In this document: positions 60,263-64,000 of the stretch, one piece after another | Numbering within the stretch: position 1 is the first letter of the stretch | Layout of the letters: the number at the start of each line of letters is the position of its first letter | IMG/VR virus record: IMGVR_UViG_3300048536_000227 | Origin: an uncultured virus (IMG/VR IMGVR_UViG_3300048536_000227) | Lineage: Duplodnaviria > Heunggongvirae > Uroviricota > Caudoviricetes | Strand: one strand, 5' to 3' | DNA length: 64,000 nt | Notes under the pieces: model-generated | The model's database searches: none | What the model saw: only the letters and a program-made list of their open reading frames with translations | What the model was told of the DNA's origin: nothing | Position numbers and translations under genes: made by a program

Positions 60263-60676
60263 ATGACAGTAGAAACAAACATAATATACACAGACAAAGA
60301 CTTAGGTAAAAATCTCTATAGACAAAAGAGATATTATACTTTAGTAGTAGAACAAGAAGTATTGGCAAATAACCAAGAAGAAGCAGATAATAAATTTGTA
60401 GAACATGGCGGAATAAGTCACTCTATGATTAATGCTGAAATTACAAATGAAAACGAGGGTGTTCAAACATATATGATAGACGCTAACTATTCAGACAGTG
60501 GTAAAACTGAATACATGGGTAAAATAGTATATGAGGATGATGAGTTTGCTAAAGAAGATGGTTTGGTTGAAATAGACAAATACATTGATGAAAATGCTTT
60601 AACTGATAGAGACAAAGAAGAATCAGATATTGATGTGGCAATAACATTAGAAGCAGAAAATGAGAGAGGTAAATAA
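60263..60676 (+). CDS. Acidic hypothetical early protein
   Basis: AGGAGG SD, ACACTATG start. Confidence 0.6.
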   Translation: MTVETNIIYTDKDLGKNLYRQKRYYTLVVEQEVLANNQEEADNKFVEHGGISHSMINAEITNENEGVQTYMIDANYSDSGKTEYMGKIVYEDDEFAKEDGLVEIDKYIDENALTDRDKEESDIDVAITLEAENERGK

Positions 60677-60849
60677 TGACAACTAGAAACGCAGTAATAA
60701 TAAAAGTAAGAAAGCATAATCAAAAAGATTTTGAAACAGATAGTATCTATGTTGATCATATGCCAGGTTTTGAAAATAGAATCAAACAGCATATACAAAA
60801 TGCAAAAGAAGACACTACCAATGCTGAAGTGAGAATCGAAGACTTATAA
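60676..60849 (+). CDS. Small hypothetical protein (57 aa)
   Basis: Manual ORF MTTRNAVIIKVRK...EVRIEDL*; TAATG coupling and GAGG SD. Confidence 0.55.
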   Translation: MTTRNAVIIKVRKHNQKDFETDSIYVDHMPGFENRIKQHIQNAKEDTTNAEVRIEDL

Positions 60850-60851
60850 AC

Positions 60852-60907
60852 TGTGACGTTTTAGCACAGTTAAATAGCTTGATTTTTATAAAAAAGTATG
60901 ATAGGAT
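60852..60907 (+). promoter_or_regulatory. Early promoter with upstream 17-bp operator-like element
   Basis: TGTGACGTTTTAGCACA-N10-TTGATT-N17-TAGGAT. Confidence 0.65.
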
Positions 60908-60938
60908 AAATCAAATAAAACACAATAAAGGAGTAATA

Positions 60939-61127
60939 ATGGTTAAAAAAATAGAAAAAGATTACGAACTTATGAAAGATAATGTTGATAAGTTATTAAA
61001 AAAAATATCAAAACTTGTTGATAAATTTGATGATAAGTATGAAACTGATTTAACTAATGACTTAGATTATAAATTAGACGAAGTTGCTGATTTGATAGTT
61101 GACAACTATGTAAATGAAGACGCATAA
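60939..61127 (+). CDS. Small acidic hypothetical protein
   Basis: AAGGAG SD before ATG 60939. Confidence 0.55.
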   Translation: MVKKIEKDYELMKDNVDKLLKKISKLVDKFDDKYETDLTNDLDYKLDEVADLIVDNYVNEDA

Positions 61128-61444
61128 TGAAAAAGAAAACAAAAGAACTGAATCAATCACACAACGCATGGATTAAGTCGTTAGGTGTTAATATTGATGT
61201 AAAGACAGGCAAAGTAAAGAAAAAAGAATTTACTGGTTATGATATGCCTAATTACAATGCAGATATTAACGGTGTTGAGAGAGTATCTATACCACTAGGT
61301 AACAGAATACCTGTAGGTTGTACTAAAGTCAAAATGCCCAAAGTACAACTTCCAGAAGGCAAAACCATAGGAATTGCATATAATAAAGGGAATTATCAGA
61401 TAGTTGATAGTGCCGACTTTAAAACAATGGGCAAAAAGGTGTGA
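61127..61444 (+). CDS. Hypothetical protein
   Basis: IAYNKGNYQIV motif; TAATG coupling. Confidence 0.6.
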   Translation: MKKKTKELNQSHNAWIKSLGVNIDVKTGKVKKKEFTGYDMPNYNADINGVERVSIPLGNRIPVGCTKVKMPKVQLPEGKTIGIAYNKGNYQIVDSADFKTMGKKV

Positions 61445-61495
61445 CGTTTTAGCACACTTAAACATGTTGACTTTATGCTTAAAGTATGATAGGAT
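61440..61495 (+). promoter_or_regulatory. Early promoter with upstream 17-bp operator-like element
   Basis: TGTGACGTTTTAGCACA-N10-TTGACT-N17-TAGGAT. Confidence 0.65.
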
Positions 61496-61530
61496 AATGA
61501 CAACTATTAACAATAAAAGGAAAAAACACT

Positions 61531-61884
61531 ATGTTTGACAAAGATACAATATTTGCAGAATTTAATTATGCAAAACAAAAAGACTTAAAAATGTCTAAAA
61601 AGAAATCGCCTTATGAGACTGTTTTTACAAACAGAATTGAGTTATTGAAATCTCATATTGAAGCAAAAAAATCGCATCCGAAGTATTACAGAGGATGCAA
61701 TATAAAATTTGAAAACTTGTTACTTGCATATCAATCGCAAGTGCCAGTTGATCATTTTTATAAAGTCGGATTTAATATGTCTTATGCAGAATATCTAAGT
61801 CAGAAAAATGCCGAAGATAAAGATAAAAAAGACGAAACGTATAATAACGAAAGAAGTAATGTTAAAGAAGTTACTTTTAATTAG
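61531..61884 (+). CDS. Hypothetical early protein
   Basis: AAGGA SD and AAACACTATG. Confidence 0.6.
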   Translation: MFDKDTIFAEFNYAKQKDLKMSKKKSPYETVFTNRIELLKSHIEAKKSHPKYYRGCNIKFENLLLAYQSQVPVDHFYKVGFNMSYAEYLSQKNAEDKDKKDETYNNERSNVKEVTFN

Positions 61885-62344
61885 TAGTTTAACTTTGTTG
61901 TTGAATCAGTGTGCTGTTAAGAACGCCGCTGTTTCAACATCAGGTTCAACTTTAGGTGCTATAACGGCAGGAGGAACTTGTGCCTCTGTTGTAAGTACTG
62001 ATCCTGCTGTAGTAGGTGCGTGTGCCGTTGTTGGTGCCGTGCATGGTGCAGATCAGATATGGAATGATGATTTTAATGTTCATAAGAAGTTTTTTGTTGA
62101 TCACTTAATTGGTGCACCAAATAAACCGAATATAACAAATTGGTATAATCCTAAAACTAAAAGTTTTGGTATTATAAAAACAAACAATACTTGGTACAAA
62201 GGTCCTATTAAATGTAGAGATTACGAATCAACTATTAATATTACACCGTCTTGGCCAGTTGCTTACTTTGGTGGTCCTGTTAGAAGAACAGACTTTGGTA
62301 TCGCATGTATATTACCAGACGGAAGAGTGGAGATACAAGAATAA
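61859..62344 (+). CDS. Glycine-zipper lipoprotein (17-kDa surface antigen-like)
   Basis: LNQC lipobox-like site, G/A-rich zipper, WYNPKT, CRDYE, ACILPDG. Confidence 0.65.
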   Translation: MLKKLLLISSLTLLLNQCAVKNAAVSTSGSTLGAITAGGTCASVVSTDPAVVGACAVVGAVHGADQIWNDDFNVHKKFFVDHLIGAPNKPNITNWYNPKTKSFGIIKTNNTWYKGPIKCRDYESTINITPSWPVAYFGGPVRRTDFGIACILPDGRVEIQE

Positions 62345-62934
62345 TGAAATTTGCAGACGAATTTATATCTTATTTGTTTTTAGTGTTGATTGTTACTTTG
62401 TTGTTAATGGTGAAAGGTCATGCTTGTGTTGAGTGTGACCTTTCAGGTGATACCTATCCCATTGAGAATATAAGTTTATCAACAGAAATAAAAGAAGATA
62501 AAAATACAAATATACAAATGGCAAAGGTCAACATTGATGACATAAAAGTTAAACCTATCACAGATACAATAAAAGATAGTGACGTGGTTAAATCAAAAAT
62601 CAAAGATGTATTCATGCAGAATGGACAATATTGTTTTATTGAAGTTGTTATTAAACAACAAGGTGATGATATTGTTAAAAAAGAAGTTATGAAATGTAGT
62701 GAAACACCTGAATTTGAGTCTGATAAAAAAGATCAAATAATTGAACAACTCAAAAAAGAAATAGAACTGGAAAAGGCTAGAAAACCAGGATATTGGGAGT
62801 TGTTTGCTGACTTCTATTATAGAGACGAGAATGCTCCTCTTTATTGTAGAAAATACTCTAGGCCCGACAGTTGGTTTAAAATTCCTGGAACTGCCTGTCT
62901 GAAACCAACAGGAGAATGGACAATAATAAAATGA
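62344..62934 (+). CDS. Exported/membrane hypothetical protein
   Basis: N-terminal TM; C-terminal GTACLKPTGEW resembles the preceding ORF. Confidence 0.5.
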   Translation: MKFADEFISYLFLVLIVTLLLMVKGHACVECDLSGDTYPIENISLSTEIKEDKNTNIQMAKVNIDDIKVKPITDTIKDSDVVKSKIKDVFMQNGQYCFIEVVIKQQGDDIVKKEVMKCSETPEFESDKKDQIIEQLKKEIELEKARKPGYWELFADFYYRDENAPLYCRKYSRPDSWFKIPGTACLKPTGEWTIIK

Positions 62935-63098
62935 TAAGACTAATATTTACAGCATCAATATTGTGGATTGCTGTTGCATTTACTTGGGATCCTTTTGTTG
63001 CTGCTGTTGAGAAAACACAGGCTGTTGACAAAACGAAAGAAATAGTGTATAATGTAATTAATAAAGTGAAGGAGAAAACTAATAATGTTGAAAGTTAA
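62931..63098 (+). CDS. Small membrane protein
   Basis: MIRLIFTASILWIAVAFTW hydrophobic N-terminus. Confidence 0.5.
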   Translation: MIRLIFTASILWIAVAFTWDPFVAAVEKTQAVDKTKEIVYNVINKVKEKTNNVES

Positions 63099-63705
63099 TA
63101 AGTTAGTATTACTTTTTGTTGTAGGTTTAACATTAGGTGCATGTAGCACTGGAACTTACAAGATTAAAAGTGAGAAGAAAGATTCCGTTAGAAAGGTACC
63201 TGCTTGGTACATGGCGGATATTGCTGAAAGAAAAGCATGTGATAAGAAGATATACGGTGAATCAAAAGATAAACAGTGTATCTATGGTGTTGGAACAAGT
63301 GTTTCACCAGACTTAGAACTTGCTATTGATAAGGCAAAGATGATTGCCAAGGCTGAAATGGCAGACATCATACAAGGTGAAATGAACAAAAAGATTAAAA
63401 TTTTTGTTGCTGAGGTTGGTAAAACACAACAGAAAACTATTGTGTCAGATGTAGAGTCTGCTTTAGTGAACCAAATCTCACAGACACCTGTTAGAGGGTA
63501 TGAAGTATTTGCTCAGGAAGTTACAATGACTAAGAATGGTTATTATCGTGCTTGGGTAGGTTTAAGATTACCTCTAGGTAACTTTAACAAAATGTATAAC
63601 TATTCTGTTGATACAGTTGTGGATGCTTATAAGTTAAAACAACTTGCTGAAGAGGCATACAACGATGTTGAAATAGTAGAGGAAACAAATGGTAACAATT
63701 TATAG
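63085..63705 (+). CDS. LPP20-like lipoprotein
   Basis: Lipobox LGAC; VPAWY; YGVGTSVSPDLELAIDKAKMIAK. Confidence 0.65.
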   Translation: MLKVNKLVLLFVVGLTLGACSTGTYKIKSEKKDSVRKVPAWYMADIAERKACDKKIYGESKDKQCIYGVGTSVSPDLELAIDKAKMIAKAEMADIIQGEMNKKIKIFVAEVGKTQQKTIVSDVESALVNQISQTPVRGYEVFAQEVTMTKNGYYRAWVGLRLPLGNFNKMYNYSVDTVVDAYKLKQLAEEAYNDVEIVEETNGNNL

Positions 63706-63949
63706 TAAACCAAATTGTGTATTTTGTGATAAGTCTAAGGCCTTGTTAAAAGGCCTGGGCATTAAGTACGAAGAAAAAATGTTTGGTAAGGATTTTAATA
63801 CACCTGAAGAACTATACGAAGCAGTAGGTAAACAAGTAAGAACTATGCCACAAGTTATTATTGATGATAAACATATTGGTGGTTATAATGAATTAGTTGA
63901 ATACTATACAGACAAAGGATTAGTTAATTTTAAAGGTGAAAAGGTTTAA
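63689..63949 (+). CDS. nrdC: Glutaredoxin
   Basis: CVFC, RTMPQV, HIGGY. Confidence 0.92.
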   Translation: MVTIYSKPNCVFCDKSKALLKGLGIKYEEKMFGKDFNTPEELYEAVGKQVRTMPQVIIDDKHIGGYNELVEYYTDKGLVNFKGEKV

Positions 63950-64000
63950 TGTCAGTTGATAACATAATAGATTTTCCTAAGAAGTATAAAAGACAATCTA

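Noticed and set aside
84..63149. Numerous minus-strand ORFs of 60-170 aa in the ORF track
   Set aside because: They lie mostly antisense to well-supported + genes, show the F/S/L/I-rich composition of shadow ORFs, and have no recognisable motifs
1..64000. CRISPR array, tRNA or rRNA genes
   Set aside because: No regularly spaced repeats or cloverleaf with a T-loop were seen by eye; a tRNAscan/Infernal run would be needed to exclude them fully
1..64000. Alternative genetic code or stop-codon recoding
   Set aside because: Core genes translate full length with the standard code, and TAA, TAG and TGA all serve as stops

Overview
AT-rich segment of a T4-like myovirus genome, with essentially all genes on the + strand. 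The likely host is a marine alphaproteobacterium such as SAR11/Pelagibacterales; this is inferred from bS21, peptide deformylase, the csgF/csgG genes, a host-like pilin and alphaproteobacterial-type LexA boxes. It carries the T4 replication/recombination core (uvsY end, uvsW, gp55, gp47/46, gp45/44/62, regA, gp43, uvsX, gp41, gp61, nrdAB), host-type auxiliary genes, three predicted methyltransferases, and a glycosyltransferase island. It ends in an early-gene region. Highlights: (1) a late-promoter-driven CsgF-CsgG-curlin-FecR-curlin-CHASE2 cyclase module next to a putative lysis cassette; (2) a block of enzymes (ligase-fold protein, kinase, dual nucleotidyltransferase polyprotein) all bearing T4 capsid-targeting-like N-termini, a candidate virion-injected nucleotide/RNA repair kit; (3) an unannotated ArfA-like ribosome-rescue ORF; (4) an early-promoter grammar of LexA-type boxes, a repeated CRP-like 17-mer and an AAACACTATG start motif; (5) apparently leaderless mRNAs for core replication genes. 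All calls come from motif recognition by eye; no database searches were run.
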